Origin: Octopus vulgaris
Lineage: Eukaryota
Direction of reading: 5' to 3'
NCBI GenBank assembly: GCA_951406725.2
Contig: OX597814.1
Span: 98,394,001-98,458,000 of the forward strand
Length of the DNA stretch: 64,000 nt
In this document: positions 1 through 13,374 of the stretch, one piece after another
Numbering within the stretch: position 1 is the stretch's first letter
How the letters are laid out: each line of letters starts with the position of its first letter
The notes under the pieces: generated by a model
Seen by the model: the letters and a program-made list of their open reading frames with translations, nothing else
The model's database searches: none
What the model was told of the DNA's origin: nothing
Position numbers and translations under genes: made by a program

Positions 1-358
1 AGCAAACTACTTTCAACGGCACCGAGACACAATGAACCCCGTCTGTCGGTACTCTTGGAATCCGCATGCTACTGGCATTCGGGCCTACCTAACTGATCAA
101 CTTCTTTTATTCTTTAATATATACCTTCTCCAAACCAGCATAAACATTTTCTAATAATTCTGGAATCATCTTGACACCATTTAGTCCTTGAACAACAACA
201 CTATTATTTCAATCACTAATGATCTTGAGCGCAAACTTCGTCATATGGTTTTAGGGGAAAATAAAAGTGCAAATTTATTCTACAATTTTCTGTGATTTTA
301 ACGCCAGAAGACCGTAACCAGGATTGAGAACGTAAATTGATCAACAGATTTGGCTCAC

Positions 359-430
359 CTGGAGCTTGCTTTGTGCTCCTTCCTGATGTACTGGATATGG
401 AGCATCATTTGATTTTTCAGTAGCACATTC
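359..430 (-). CDS. Candidate 72-nt internal exon of an unidentified host gene
   Basis: Minus strand: pyrimidine tract and acceptor cttgctttttctatgctacatag|GAATG; donor CAG|gtgag. Length is a multiple of 3; open in two frames (ECATEKSNDAPYPVHQEGAQSKLQ or NVLLKNQMMLHIQYIRKEHKASS). Product not recognised. Confidence 0.4.
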
Positions 431-933
431 CTATGTAGCATAGAAAAAGCAAGATAGTTCACATCTAGTTTCTTAAATTGAAAGTAATTGTTCAAATAAT
501 ACTTGGTCGTGTACAGTAAACAGTTAAAATAAAAATATAAAGATAAACAATGACACACGTGTAAAGCACTATGAATGAATGTTAAATACAAATGAGATTC
601 TAGGAGTAATCTGTAAATATATATCACTATAGTACGTGCATTGAATTACGTAGGTAATTCTTGGTCCTCTCAGTATATATCAAGCAATCTGCGATAAGGA
701 GTGGTTATAATTATACGATTTACAATTTTCTAAATAATCTCATATTTCAATGTCTTGATACTGCAAGTTAGTTAAGGAGGTGATGACATTTATGCTTACG
801 ACTAATTTAGTTTAGAAGTTTGGTTCGAAAAGAACTTATGTTTCGGGTTTGTCTACGCGCACTTAAATGTCTGTCCGTGACTTACATTTATAGCTTTCTG
901 TCAACTGAAAATAAAAGCTAGAAAAAATATCTG

Positions 934-938
<5 letters not shown>

Positions 939-974
<36 letters not shown>

Positions 975-1039
975 CCGTATCACGTCCTCGCATTGCTGTT
1001 TTTTTCTCTTTTTTTTTTCTGTGTTTTCTTGTTTGGATT

Positions 1040-1117
<78 letters not shown>

Positions 1118-1130
1118 TGTGTGTGTGTGT
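939..1130. repeat. (TA)n/(TATG)n/(TG)n microsatellites
   Basis: Direct reading. Confidence 0.95.
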
Positions 1131-1363
1131 CTGTGCACGCACGCGTGTTTTTGTATGTATGTGGAAGTACATATATGTATATGAGTGCGTGGTTGGTGGC
1201 CGGCCCAGGATAACCTCAGTCCAATAATTAAAACAAGTAAAAGAATAAAAGAATAGCCAAAGATATTATGCGTTAAAACAAATTTTACAACTTTGAAAAT
1301 CAGAGAGTTTTTCAAGGACATCAGCACATTCAGCTTACAATCATCTTACTAAGTGTTTACCTT

Positions 1364-2165
1364 ACAGGGTGCATCAGTTTTCTTTGGGGTCATTTGCATG
1401 AATTTAGAAAAAAGGAACACAACTCATCAAAGAAAAGCTGTATTTGAAACAAATCAGTACAAATAATTTGGAGACTCCAATTCAACGAATCCACAGTTAG
1501 CTTTAATGACTGCTTCAACACGGGGTCAGAAGCGTTGACATGCCCGAATCAGATTATGTCTATCAATTTTGGACACGTGTTGGTTATACAGGACTTGAGA
1601 GATTGTATGGTGTCATAGAGGTGTTGATTGACTTGTCTCTCGACAACGCTCCATATGTAATAGTCTAGTAGGTTGCCTGGTGAGATCAGAAGCTACGTGA
1701 CTGGAAGCATGATCTTGGGCATTGGTACGCGTTCACACTTGGGTTGTCCGAGCCACATGAGACGGCGTAGAGTCTTGTTGGAAGATGTACCATCTTTCGT
1801 TGCATACTCTGTCTATCGACGGCCTCACAACTTTCTCCAGGAGTACTGTGTAGACAGCAGCGTCAACTCTTTAGTCATGTGAAAAAAAAGTTAGGAGGCA
1901 TGATATCTCTCTCGCTTCTGATAACTCAGAGAATCATCACAGTTGTTGGGAACTTAGAATGAGTGACTGTTGGGAACTTATTTGGGTCTCTGCATAACCT
2001 TCTACTGTTTCTGTGGTTTACCTTTTAGTCCTGATCGAAGTTTTCTCATCGGAGAAAAAACAAAGCATTCTAGCAGCTGCGTGTCTTCCTACGAAGCACA
2101 TCTAAGTCGACTGCGCAGATTGCAAATCAGCAGTCGGTGTATCCGACGATTTTAAAATGTGCACA
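1364..2165 (-). mobile_element. Decayed DD37D (maT/mori-type) Tc1-mariner transposon, 3' part
   Basis: Minus-strand motifs FFSDEK, YIFQQDSTPSH, SPGNLLDYYIWSVVER and ACQRF*PRVEAVIKAN; terminal ta|cagggtg at 1362-1370. Confidence 0.8.
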
Positions 2166-2169
2166 ACCT

Positions 2170-4010
2170 ATACTACTGGCCTACAGATGTGATCTGGATT
2201 AAGTTTGTCTGGATTAACCATTGCAGGTACATTCTGGAAATCCAGTCGTTACCTGTCAGATAGTTGAAAAGTCTGAGCATGTTTGTGAGACTTTCGCAAC
2301 CTCTCTCCAATTACTCATTCCCATAAAATCCAGATGTGTATATAAGATGCCATTCCGCCCCACCCCCTGTAGCAGTAAAGAGCAAGTTGTTCTGAGGAAA
2401 TAAATCTCTAGACACCTGAGGAATTCCGGGTGTCACTTCCCGTTGAAGCATAAATAGCTATATGCCCGAAACTATCCACCTTCACCACTGTTCACATCCA
2501 GGACCACCAACTTACTTTCTATGTCCAAGAAGACGGTCCGTATCAATAAATATAGACTCTTTCAAAACAACACATCATCTCCGCCTTTCAGTCCCGGTGA
2601 ACTTGAAAATAAATAGATCTGTTACCCACGGAAAATGGGGATGAAGGCTTGATGATCGGAGGCTCTGGTTTCGCTGTTGGCCAACACAGCTATACTTTGT
2701 GACCTGAAGACGTTGACCAGCAGGTACTGCTTCCAATATGACTCGAGATTACGTGTATTCAGACCATCTATTCTGAGTACGGCCATGACTGAGAAGAGAG
2801 AGGAAAGTGAAAAAGGCTTGTTTACCTTATTCCTATAGAGCGGCTGGTGTTTCGTTTCACTGACTTGCTGTAGGTGTTTCTTCTAGCACATGTTTGCATA
2901 ATATTTTAATAATAATCCCGCTGGTCTCCTACACCATCGGAGTATTTAAGTTTTAGGATGTTATATGTGTATTGTGATACCTGGATTAATTCTATGCGTA
3001 CTAAAATATCCTTGGTTAATGTGCTGGCAGAATCGTTAGCACACCAGGAGAAATGCTTAGCTGTCTTTCGTCCGTCTTCACGTTCTGAGTTCCAATTCCG
3101 CCGAGGTCGACTTTGCCCTCCATCCTTTCGGAATCGATAAAAGAAGTACTAGATGAGCTATGGAGTCTATGTAATCGACTTACCATCTCCCCGAAATTGC
3201 TGGCCTTGTGGCAAAATTTGAAATCAATATTACTTTTGGAGTGTGCCATCTAACTGTTGTGGAAGAAATTAGGTTCTCCCACAACAATAGTATCTGTGAT
3301 AGTGGTGGTGTCGAGGATAGTGGTGTCCATAGGACTGGTATAACTGCTGTTGTGGATGTGCTGGTGCATTGTTGCACAAAGCTATCTCCTACAGTTGTTC
3401 GTATCTGTCAGTTTTACGTGTTGTGTTTTTTTCTGTTTCTTTTTCTTTTCTCACTGTCCCCTTCGCCAGACGACAGATTTGAGTGAACACTAATGGAGAG
3501 GGGCATATTTTAGGGTCATTGCCTTTTTGTTTAATAGTTGTTTTTTTAGGGGGAAGGTATGTCTTCACATACCGATGTTGTTGGTAATGTGGTTGCTCAT
3601 GTGAGTAATTTTTGTTTTGTTGTTGCCGTAGGTGCTGCCTTCAGTCTGGTTGCAGCTAGTGCAGCCACTCGTTGCTTTTGTTGTTGTTTTGGTTGCTGCA
3701 GTTATTTGCCTTGGGGTTACTGCTGTTATTGGAAGTGCTGAAGTTGTGGTGTTGGCAAAAGCCTCCTTTCAGCTGTCATTGTCTCTTGCCGGGGTAGAAA
3801 GCCTTGACCTTGAGGTGATTAATGTTTTTACAATTGTAGCATCCAGGCTTCCTACTATCACATCCAGTTGCTTCCCTTCTGGAATCTCTATTAGGTCGGG
3901 GATTTTGTCTAGTGTCTCAGATTTCGCCTGACTAAAAGACTCCAATCCCATCCAAACCCGATTTTCTTCTTGGAATCTTTTTATTTCTTGCAGCGTGCTA
4001 GTCTTACAAA
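2170..4010 (-). mobile_element. Decayed Tx1-like (L1 group) LINE: ORF1 remnant plus ORF2 APE endonuclease start, interrupted by a SINE
   Basis: From ~2790: MAVLRIDGLNTRNL...SETR and FLDIESKLVVLDV, homologous to ORF2 at 22037. At 3769-4010: WMGLESF..KIPDLIEIPEGKQLDVIV, homologous to ORF1 at 20586. Confidence 0.75.
3020..3230 (+). mobile_element. tRNA-derived SINE, family B (Deu/Nin-type central domain)
   Basis: ctggcagaatcgttagc head, gagttccaattcc B-box-like, gtcgactttgccctccatcctttcgg core; many paralogues in the window. Confidence 0.85.
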
Positions 4011-4469
4011 TATAGCATCTACCAAATAATAAAAACAAACAAACAAACAAAAACGAAAACAAAACAGACAATAAACCCAATGATGCAGTTGTGTGCAATT
4101 AAAACTTGTGCATAGAGAACAAATTAGAACCAAAATTAAACTTTAATGCTTCTGTCATTTCAATAAGGTTTAATAATTACCATCCTGTACTCACATAACT
4201 GTTGTAAGCCTATCTCTGTATTATGAAAGAGATAAAAATGTCACAAAAACAAAATCCTACTCCCGTTACCTCCACAAAGAGAATGACATGACTTTTAATT
4301 CACACGTTCATGTTGCTCATAAGAGCAAATATTTCGTCCAGTTTTAATTCATTTTCTTTTTTTTTTGTCACGATGTTAGTTTCCGTGCCTCAATCATCAC
4401 AACTTGAACAAAATGTTTCCACTAAATATTCATATTCGAATACATTCATATATATATAGTGGATATAGG

Positions 4470-4872
4470 TGCAGGCGTGGTTGTATGGTTGAGAAGCTTG
4501 TTTCCAAACCACGTGGCCTTGGGTTCAGCCCCACTGTGCAGTATATCAAGCAAACGTCTTCTACTGCTGCACTGAGGCGACCAAAGCCTTGTGTGTGGAT
4601 TTGGTAGACGGAAAATGAAAGAAGCCCGTCACACACGCGCGCGCGTATATGTGTGTGTGTGACTTTGTATTTGTTTACCACCACCGCTCGAGAGCGGCAT
4701 TGGCTTGTTTACGTGCCTGTAACCTGGCAGTTTGGCTCAAGGCGCTTATAGAACAAATTACAGGCTAAAAAAAAAACCCTCACAAAATATAAATAGCGGG
4801 ATCAACTTGCTCGATTAAACCCTTCAAGGCATGGTCGCATCCCTATGATTGAAACATGTAAAAGATAAAAGA
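4470..4872 (+). mobile_element. SINE family A (bipartite, internal microsatellite)
   Basis: Matches copies at 9958, 37036 and 48195; gtaaaaga-type tail. Confidence 0.85.
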
Positions 4873-5494
4873 TATTCTAATACCAATCAATTGTAACTCA
4901 TATATACTTGGTTGGTGTTACGTTGGCTAACTTTCTATAAAAGAAAACGTACGAAATAGTAATCTTCCATATTTTATTGTATTAGCATATAGAATATAGT
5001 TATCGAACTTACTGGTGTTCATTAACGACTCGATATTCTAAATTAAATACGAGTGAATTTGTCAAAGAGATAGAGGAGATCCTTAACATCATAACGTTGA
5101 ATCAGAAGTAAATACCATTTGTAAGCGTTCAAAAGTTACCGTCAGCGATCCTCGTTAGTCTGAAGGAAAGCAACAATACCTGTAATCCTTCTAGATTCTT
5201 CTAGACTGACCGGTTTGAAAAATTATAGGTTGGTTAAAGCTGTATTAGTTCATAATTGCAATAATTATCTCTGCTGCTCAATTAAGTTAAAGTAGGAGCT
5301 GATTTAGTCTCATGAAGAAGTGACAGATCACTGTTTAAGTTGTGAATAATTAACCACGTTGCAGGAATACTGATGACCATGTTTATGTTGACGACGATGA
5401 TGATGATGATGGTGTTGATGGTCTCCTGCGGAAATATTTGGTAATTTATAAAGAAAAAAAATCGATGAAATAATGAGTAGAATAGCATCTAGCG

Positions 5495-5727
5495 AATCTT
5501 TAACTGTTTCAGCGGCCATACTGGGGCATCACTTTGAAGGGTTTAATCGAATGAATCGCCCCCAGTACTTATTTTAAGTCTACTACTTATTCTAGCGGTC
5601 TCTTTTACTGAACAGCTTACAGAGACGTAAACAAACCAGCACCAGTTGTCTAATGCTGGTGGACATACACACATGCGACATGCTTCCACAAAGCTTCCGA
5701 AGTCTCGATCTATCAAATCCACTCGAA
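5495..5727 (-). mobile_element. SINE family A, partial
   Basis: Reverse complement of the family A 3' half (cggccatactgg, tacttattct). Confidence 0.7.
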
Positions 5728-5744
5728 AAGATGTGAACTTTTAA

Positions 5745-5972
5745 AAGGAAACAAAAACTGTTCAAATCATAACGTCTAAATGTAACCACTCGACTTCGGA
5801 GGTCAAATGGGTATTGCGCCTCATTGTATCATTTTCATATTTTCATTCGTTCTTTTTATTTTTTCTTCTTCACTCGATTTCTTTCTGTATTTTTACTTCC
5901 CCGACTATGTATCCTGTATTATTTTGTAATGTCCCATCTATGTTTGGCCCCTTGTGGGTAATAGAAAAATCA
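5745..5972 (+). mobile_element. Isolated 3' end of a Tx1-like LINE
   Basis: Ends tgtcccatctatgtttggccccttgtgggtaatagaaaaatc, similar to the LINE terminus at 23808-23850. Confidence 0.55.
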
Positions 5973-6088
5973 GGACATTGGTGCTGCCTTGACGGAGGTT
6001 TGCCCTCTCTGAGTGCTTTTGTTTTATTTTTATTTTATCTTTACTTATTGTATTTTTTATTTTTATAATTTTTTGTGTAGTCTCATCA

Positions 6089-6265
6089 GGGCGACGAGCT
6101 GGTAGAATCATTAGCGCAACGGACAAAAATTCTTAGCGGCATTTCTTCCGGCTCTTTAGTTCAAATTTCTGTAAGGTCAGCTTTGCCTTTCATCCTTTTC
6201 AGGGAGCAATGAAATCGACCTACACTTCTTCACAAATTGCTAGATTTGTGCAAAATTAAAATGAA
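6089..6265 (+). mobile_element. SINE family B, degraded
   Basis: ggcgacgagctggtagaatc head and ctttgcctttcatcctttt core. Confidence 0.75.
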
Positions 6266-7232
6266 TTGTCGTTTTTGGTTGTTTTAATCTCATAAAAAAA
6301 AGATATGGATCCTCGTCGGTTTTAGATATGATTATTTAGTTGCTCGATCGATCTGACCACTAATTTTCAAAATTAGCGTGTAAATGGGAGAGTATTTTTC
6401 AAACACGTGTATCGTTAATGGAATTCTCAGGTTGAATCATCGTGGGACAGTATGTGACAAAGCCATGTTATTACTGGTATGGTTTTTCTCACAGATTCTG
6501 TGTATTCCATTTCTCATACAAAGCCTGGTTCTACTTGATCTTATGATTCAAGACACAAAGATTATTGCTCAAGATCTCATGCTGTGGGTTTGAACCTGAT
6601 GCCTCATGATTGCAAAGCGAGCTTCTTAATTATTCTACCATACTGTATCCACTTGTTCATCGAACAACACAAATGCACTGTATGTCCTTTTATTGACTTA
6701 GTCTCCCAAAAGTATGAATAGCTAAACCGAACCTTGACAGAATTTCAATTCAGTAGAGGGGCGAACGATATACACTGCTTCTATTCAGGCACCTTTATGT
6801 TTTTTGCAGCTCACCACCTAACAAAGTATAAGTCACAATTACAACAAGAACAACAACCGGCATTTTCGTGGCTGGAATAACTTGAAGGGCTAATTGTGAA
6901 TTAACCAGTACCCAAGAGAATTCGGTATGAAGTGACACACAAATACGTTTTATGTTTGTGTTAATTATCGCATCCAACGTATTCGGTATTTGCAAAATAT
7001 ATTATAATGTATTACTGGAAAGGAGCCAAGAAAGAATTAATCGGTGAAACTCAACAAACAATCTCTGTTTTATTTTGATCGTTTGTGCAGTTGGTGAAAT
7101 TGTATGTAGAATGGTGCTTGATTTTATTTTTAACGTCTATTTCTGGTGTACAATTCAGAGCTGCAGTTTTTCTGAAATGTGACAGAAGAGATATGAACGT
7201 TATCTCACAATTTCCACCGGCTGAATTGATTG

Positions 7233-7304
<72 letters not shown>

Positions 7305-7431
7305 GTGTGTGAGAGAAAGAGAGGAGCTACTAAAGAAAGCATTATATTCGTTCAGTACACATTAGCAAACAACCTCTTTTGTCTGATTTCTTCTCCTTCG
7401 TGCGTCATAAACCGTAGTATGCTTTACAAAG

Positions 7432-7515
<84 letters not shown>
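7233..7515. repeat. (TA)n and (CA)n microsatellites
   Basis: Direct reading. Confidence 0.95.
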
Positions 7516-7519
<4 letters not shown>

Positions 7520-8135
7520 TACTCGTATGCGTATTCTTGTATGAATTTACTTAATTATAAGAAAAATACGTACATTTACATACACTAGCACACGAAGAAT
7601 TATACATGCTCTGAAGATTTCAATTCTAACAATTAAACTTTGTCACTTCGTTTGCAGTATACTACTAATCTGTTGTAGGTAAAATACCAAAATAAATATT
7701 GAGATATGTACTATGAGTATATATGTGAGCTGTACAAAGACATCCATATTTAAATAATCATGCACACGCACATATATGCATGCATAATATATACTTAAAG
7801 GAAATAAATACAAAGAATCTGTGCAAAGGATATATGTATATAAGTCTGTTTATGTATGTTTGTGGAAGATTGTAACTGTGATTGTACATTTTAATGCATT
7901 GCATATACTGTAAACTCATATATATCGACAGTTTCTTCGTTTATGATCGCGATGACTATGCATGAATATACATGTATATACTTAAATTCACACACTACAT
8001 CACACAAACACATATACTCAACACATATCTGATGTAATTATTACATAAGCGTACAATCACACACGTATTGTCAAGGTGGTGCTTCGCCATGGCTTCAGTT
8101 AGCTGACAAACAAGTAAAAGAATATAATAATACAA

Positions 8136-8187
<52 letters not shown>

Positions 8188-8476
8188 CATACCCATCTAT
8201 GTTTCATATATATATATATATATATATAAATCATACCCATCTATGTTTCATACTAAATGCATACATACATTGGAAAGGCGTTAATAAAAAAGAAAAAAAA
8301 ACAAGAAGGAGAGACTCGCCTGTCGTTCTCTTGAGTCACTTTTTTTGCGTTCTTAATACAAGATATCTATAAAATTATTTTCTTTCGGACAAAATCATGG
8401 GATTACGTTTTTGAACGATGCGTACACTCTCACTCTTCGTATAGATACATAGATGATTTTAATTTAATACAGTTTC

Positions 8477-8557
<81 letters not shown>

Positions 8558-8561
<4 letters not shown>

Positions 8562-9850
8562 GTTGTCCGGAAGGTTCGTGCTGATTTATAGTAGCTTACC
8601 TTTAGACTTATTTTAGCACGTGGTTGAATCTATAACATGTGATTTGACTACACCTCCATTTAGAGTAAAGTTTAAGCTATCTTTTCGAGGAAGAAGATTT
8701 ATATTCCTATAACCTGTGTTAATTCTGTAACTCTTTAAAATGGAAGATAAGAAAGTTCATTTTCGGCACTTGATGCTTTTCTTTTTCCGTAAAGGAAAAT
8801 ATGCCTTACCAGCAACCAAAGAAATATGTGCAGTTAACGGTGATGTTTCTTTATCCGAAAGAACTGTATGGAAGTGGTTCGTAAGGTTCCGATCTGGAGA
8901 TTGTAGTCTTATTGTTAAAGCGCGATAAGGCAGACCATCCACTACAGATGATGACCAAATCAAGTCATTAATTGAGAATAACCCACATTGCACAATCCGA
9001 GAATTGACAGAAAGCTTCAACCTATCAAAATCCGTCGTTCATGAGCACCTGGTAAAGCTTGAGTATACAAATCGCTACGATGTTTGGGTACCACATGAGT
9101 TGAGTGAGAAGAACCTTTTGGATCGCATTTCCATCTGTGATTCGCTTTATAAACGGAATGAAAACGCGCCTTTTTTAAAACAAATTGTGACAGGTGATGA
9201 GAAATGGATTATATACCGAAATGTTCAGAGAAAGCAATCCTGGAATAAGCGACATGAGCCACCCTTAGCCACCCCAAAAGCGGGTCTTCACTCTAAAAAT
9301 GTCTTGTTTTGTGTCTAGTGGGATTGGAAAGGAATTCTGTACAATGAGCTTCTCCAAGTAACTAGACAATTAATTCTGAGAAATGCTGCACACAACTGGA
9401 CGAGTTAAAAGCAGCAATTCAAGAGAAACGTCCAGAATTGGCCAACAGGAAGGGTATTGTTTTCCAGCATGATAATGCAAGACCGCACCTTTCTTTAGGA
9501 ACCAGATAAAAATTGTTGCAGCTCAGCTGGGATATGTTACCCCACCCTCCATATTCACCAGATGCTACTCCTTCGGATTTCCACTTATTCAGGTCTCTGC
9601 AGAATAGTCTTAATGGTAAAAAAAATTTCAATTACTTGGATGACATAAAAAGATACCTTGTTGAATTATTTGCCACGAAACCACCTCAATTCTGGGAAGA
9701 GGGGGATTTTCAAGTCAAAGGAAAGATGGAGACGCATTTTGCTACAAAATGGTTCATATTTGGTTGATTAAAAATGTAATGACAAGTATTTATTGATCTT
9801 TTTCTTTCCTTTAAAAATCGGCAAGGCTTTCAACTTTCCGGACAACCTAA
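8558..9850 (+). mobile_element. Full-length mariner (DD34D) element, 1293 bp
   Basis: TIRs ttgggttgtccggaagg / actttccggacaacctaa with flanking TA, inserted in (TA)n. Confidence 0.95.
8740..9770 (+). pseudogene. Mariner transposase pseudogene
   Basis: Motifs WVPHEL, IVTGDEKW, FQHDNARPH, HPPYSPDATPSDFHLF; stops at 8926 and 9316 plus frameshifts. Confidence 0.95.
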
Positions 9851-9906
9851 TACATATATATATATATAATAATATATATATATAGGCGAGACTTTCCGGA
9901 CAACCA

Positions 9907-9957
<51 letters not shown>

Positions 9958-9958
<1 letters not shown>

Positions 9959-10120
9959 CGCGGAGTGACTGTGTGGTAAGTAGCTTGCTAACCAACCACA
10001 TCGTTCCGGGTTCAGTCACACTGCGTGGCATCTTGGGCAAGTGTCTTCTGCTATAGCCCCGGGCCGACCAATGTCTTGTGAGTGGGTTTGGTAGACGGAA
10101 ACTGAAAGAAGCCTGTCGTA

Positions 10121-10166
<46 letters not shown>

Positions 10167-10390
10167 TGTGTGTTTGCGTGTCTGTGTTTGTCCCCCTAGC
10201 ATTGCTTGTGAACCGATGCTGGTGTGTTTACGTCCCCGTCACTTAGTGGTTCGGCAAAAGAGACAGATAGAATAAGTGCTGGGCTTACAAAGAATAAGTC
10301 CCGGGGTCGATTTGCTCGACTAAAGGCGGTGCTCCAGCATGGCCGCAGTCAAATGACTGAAAGAAGTAAAAGAGTAAAGAGTAAAGAGTA
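9958..10390 (+). mobile_element. SINE family A, full length
   Basis: tRNA-like head (gtgtggtaag...gggttcagtc), ttgggcaagtgtcttc core, internal (TA)n/(TG)n, (aagagta)n tail. Confidence 0.9.
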
Positions 10391-10459
10391 TATATATATA
10401 TAAAATATACAAAAATCATTTTAATAATAATACAGAGTAACATCAATAATGATTTTATC

Positions 10460-10841
10460 GGGTAGCCAATACAGAAAATAAAAATCTTTTAGGTAAATTT
10501 TACGAATCATTTTATAATTATGTACATAATTATAACAAGGGATCAGCTTAAAGCATCACCCCACGCTGCTAAAAATAGACGTTACCACCTTAAAATCTCC
10601 GAGGAAAACACACTTAATGTGGACAAGTAAAAGAAAGATAATGAATCAAAACAATGGTTAACAGCAGTGTGTTTTTCTCGGAGATGTTAAGGTAGTGAAA
10701 AAAGACTTTAACGTCTATTTTTAGCATTTTAGCAGCGCGGGGTGATGCTTTAAGCTGAGCCCTTGTTATAATTATGTATATTATTATAAGGTTATACATA
10801 AAATTTACCTAAAAGGTTTTTATTTTCCGCACTGGCTACCT
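10460..10841. repeat. Imperfect long inverted repeat (~155-bp arms, ~50-bp spacer)
   Basis: ggtagcc..ttttaggtaaatttt..cagcttaaagcatcacccc..ctccgagga is mirrored by ctcggag..ggggtgatgctttaagctga..aaaatttacctaaaa..ggctacc. Confidence 0.85.
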
Positions 10842-11674
10842 GGTATGAGCGTGCGTAAGTATGTACATATTTGTCACGTTTGTTAGACTGTTTATATATA
10901 TTATGCACAACAGCGTGAAATACAAAAAATTGAAAGAAGTATGTATATTACAAAGACTAGGTGCAAGTGAAAGAAGAATGTATATTACAAAGACTAGGTG
11001 CAAGTGAAAGAAGAATAGAAACATTTCTTTATGCTTTACATTGTGTCTGAATGCTTGTTTACGTGACTGTCACGTTCTTTATCTCTAAGTTGACACGCTT
11101 GCAAAACAGTGGTTTGTTCAACATATGCTTTCAAAAAACATGATTTGCAGATATACCCTGTAACGTAGCAGTTCGACACAAGATTGTTATAGTAAATATC
11201 AAGATTTTAAAATGTAAGTACTGAGGTCGATATGACCAACTAAAACTCTTAAAAACAGTACTCCTGCATTATATTAGGACTGTAAAGCGTAATATAATGC
11301 AAATATATGTGTATGTGTGTGAGAAATTAACATCCATCTGCTGACATTCTGAATAATGATTAGTGATATTTCTACCATATAAATATAACTATAAATTTTG
11401 AAAGAATTTCACTGTCAAAAGTGAGTGGAAATGTAGTCATATATATTAGGAAAGTATAAATAATAGACTCATACATAAACATCAATTCTTTTTGACTTAA
11501 TTCTTTTAAACAGAACGTGGAATCCAAAGCATAGTTTCTCAACCATCAGAAAAATCCTATTCAAATCGCACACGACTGTTACAAAAAGAAGAATGCATTG
11601 GAAACTGCAATCGTAGATATATTATATATAAAAGTATAAAGAATAAAAAGAAAAGATCAAGAGACATTTCTAAG

Positions 11675-12495
11675 GAGCATAAGGTGGAGATTGTCGTGGA
11701 TAGACCTGCCCGGGATGGCGCAAGTTTGCGCCCCCACCCAAGTCTGTCTACGACCCGCGCCAACCTTTTCGCCAGCACCTTGGCCAAAATCTTTAACTCT
11801 GTGTTTAGCAGAGTTATGGGCCTAAAATTACTTGTCTCGTCCCCCTTGCTCGGGTCCTTTCTGATCCGTGTCACCCTTCCCCTCGGCTTGCAGACTTGGG
11901 AATTCTCCCGTTCTGCTGGCAGTTGGCATAAACGCTGGCATGCTGTTATATAATTCATAAGGTAGACCATCGAGACACGGAGACTTCTCCCCGGGGCATT
12001 CGCCCAGCACCTCGATTACTTCCTCTGCTGTGATTGGCCCTTCACAGCACTCAGCTTCCCGTACCGAGAGACGTGGGCCGCCAGACAGAAAGTCCCTATG
12101 GGCCTGACCATGATCCAGCACCCCACTCCTCCCGAACAACTAGGCAAAGTGCTTGTAAAGCGCCTCACACATCTCGTCTCGTCCATCGACCGAACACCCA
12201 TTGTCATCAACCAGAGACCTAATTGTGGAATCATTGCCACGCTGGGTTTCTACCGTACGGGCCCATCCGGCAACATTAATTCCCTCACGGCCCAATGCTC
12301 GAACTTGAACCCGAAATTCTGCACCCCTCATGTTTGGCTTTGAGGTGACGATCCAAGGCCGTTCTCACTGCCAAATTGTGGGATGCAGAGCCTAATCTGA
12401 TCTCCTCCTCTAAGTCCTTAACTAATTGCCCTTCTATTCTGGCCTTATCTAATCTTAGCTGACGGCTAAATCTAATAGACGGATGCAAGCTTCTT
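11675..12495 (-). mobile_element. Tx1-like LINE fragment, pre-RT and N-terminal RT region
   Basis: KSPCLDGLPYELY and NFRPITLLNTELKILAKVLAKRL motifs; frameshifted. Confidence 0.9.
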
Positions 12496-12710
12496 GCCAC
12501 ACAGTCACTCCTGCGCCTATATGTGTGTATTTGTTTTATGTTCACAAGAGTACTTCATATAAATACAGTGTATACATTTCATTGCTTTATATTCCACCAA
12601 TAGAGGCATATAGAACCTGAGACACAGAATAGGAAACAGTCACATTTTAACCTAACGTTCTCAGTTAAGGAAAGAAAAGTAACTAGCTTCACTGAAGATG
12701 ATTATCATTA

Positions 12711-13374
12711 TCTATAATAATAAATGGAAATTTTATGTGTTTGTGAATTTGTTACTTTAACTCCTTTGAGACTATCCAAGAGACCTTGATGAAACTTGAC
12801 ACGTGTGGGGGTGGCTTATGTTCATGCGGTCACTTACGCATTTGGAATTTTTTAAAAATCGATTTTTAATCAGCATCGATTTTTCAAAATTCGTAAAATT
12901 TCGGCATTTTTCGCACTCGCCATCGTGACATCAATTTGACGAAAAATGATTCATGGGTATAAAGAAACAGCTTATTAATTGTAATCTATTTAGCTTTTGC
13001 TAATTCTGCATTTCAATGCGAATTCTTTTGATTTGCTAAAACTTATTATTTCAATTCGTTGATTTAATTCCCCAGCGTTTCAGGTTTTGATTAGGTAAGA
13101 CCATTTTATTTCTCAAGCAAAATTTAGGCATTTTGCACACTAGTCATCGTGAAATCTGCCCCAAAGCGTAAAATTTCGCCATTTTACGCACATGCACAAA
13201 AATGACGACGATACCAGTTCGCTACGAGACTCTGCTAATTTTTTCGTCAAATTGGTCCTACCCATTATTTTAGATTTCAAATTTTCGAAAATTGTCAAAA
13301 TTTGACGAAAAATGTTTCATGGCTATGAACAGACATCTTATTAACCGTAACTTTTTACCGGGAACCTCAGCTAG
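12711..13374 (+). mobile_element. Non-autonomous Helitron-like element
   Basis: A|TC 5' end, CTAG|T 3' end with an imperfect subterminal hairpin, internal subrepeats (tttgacgaaaaatg). Confidence 0.7.

Noticed and set aside
971-1327. ORFs with IYIY, MYVC, HTHT, SIYL or poly-N/D/T runs here and throughout (e.g. 42352-43018, 54139-54774)
   Set aside because: Translations of microsatellites; no coding evidence
10944-11016. 37-bp tandem duplication (also a ~20-bp one near 38362-38415)
   Set aside because: Ordinary local slippage
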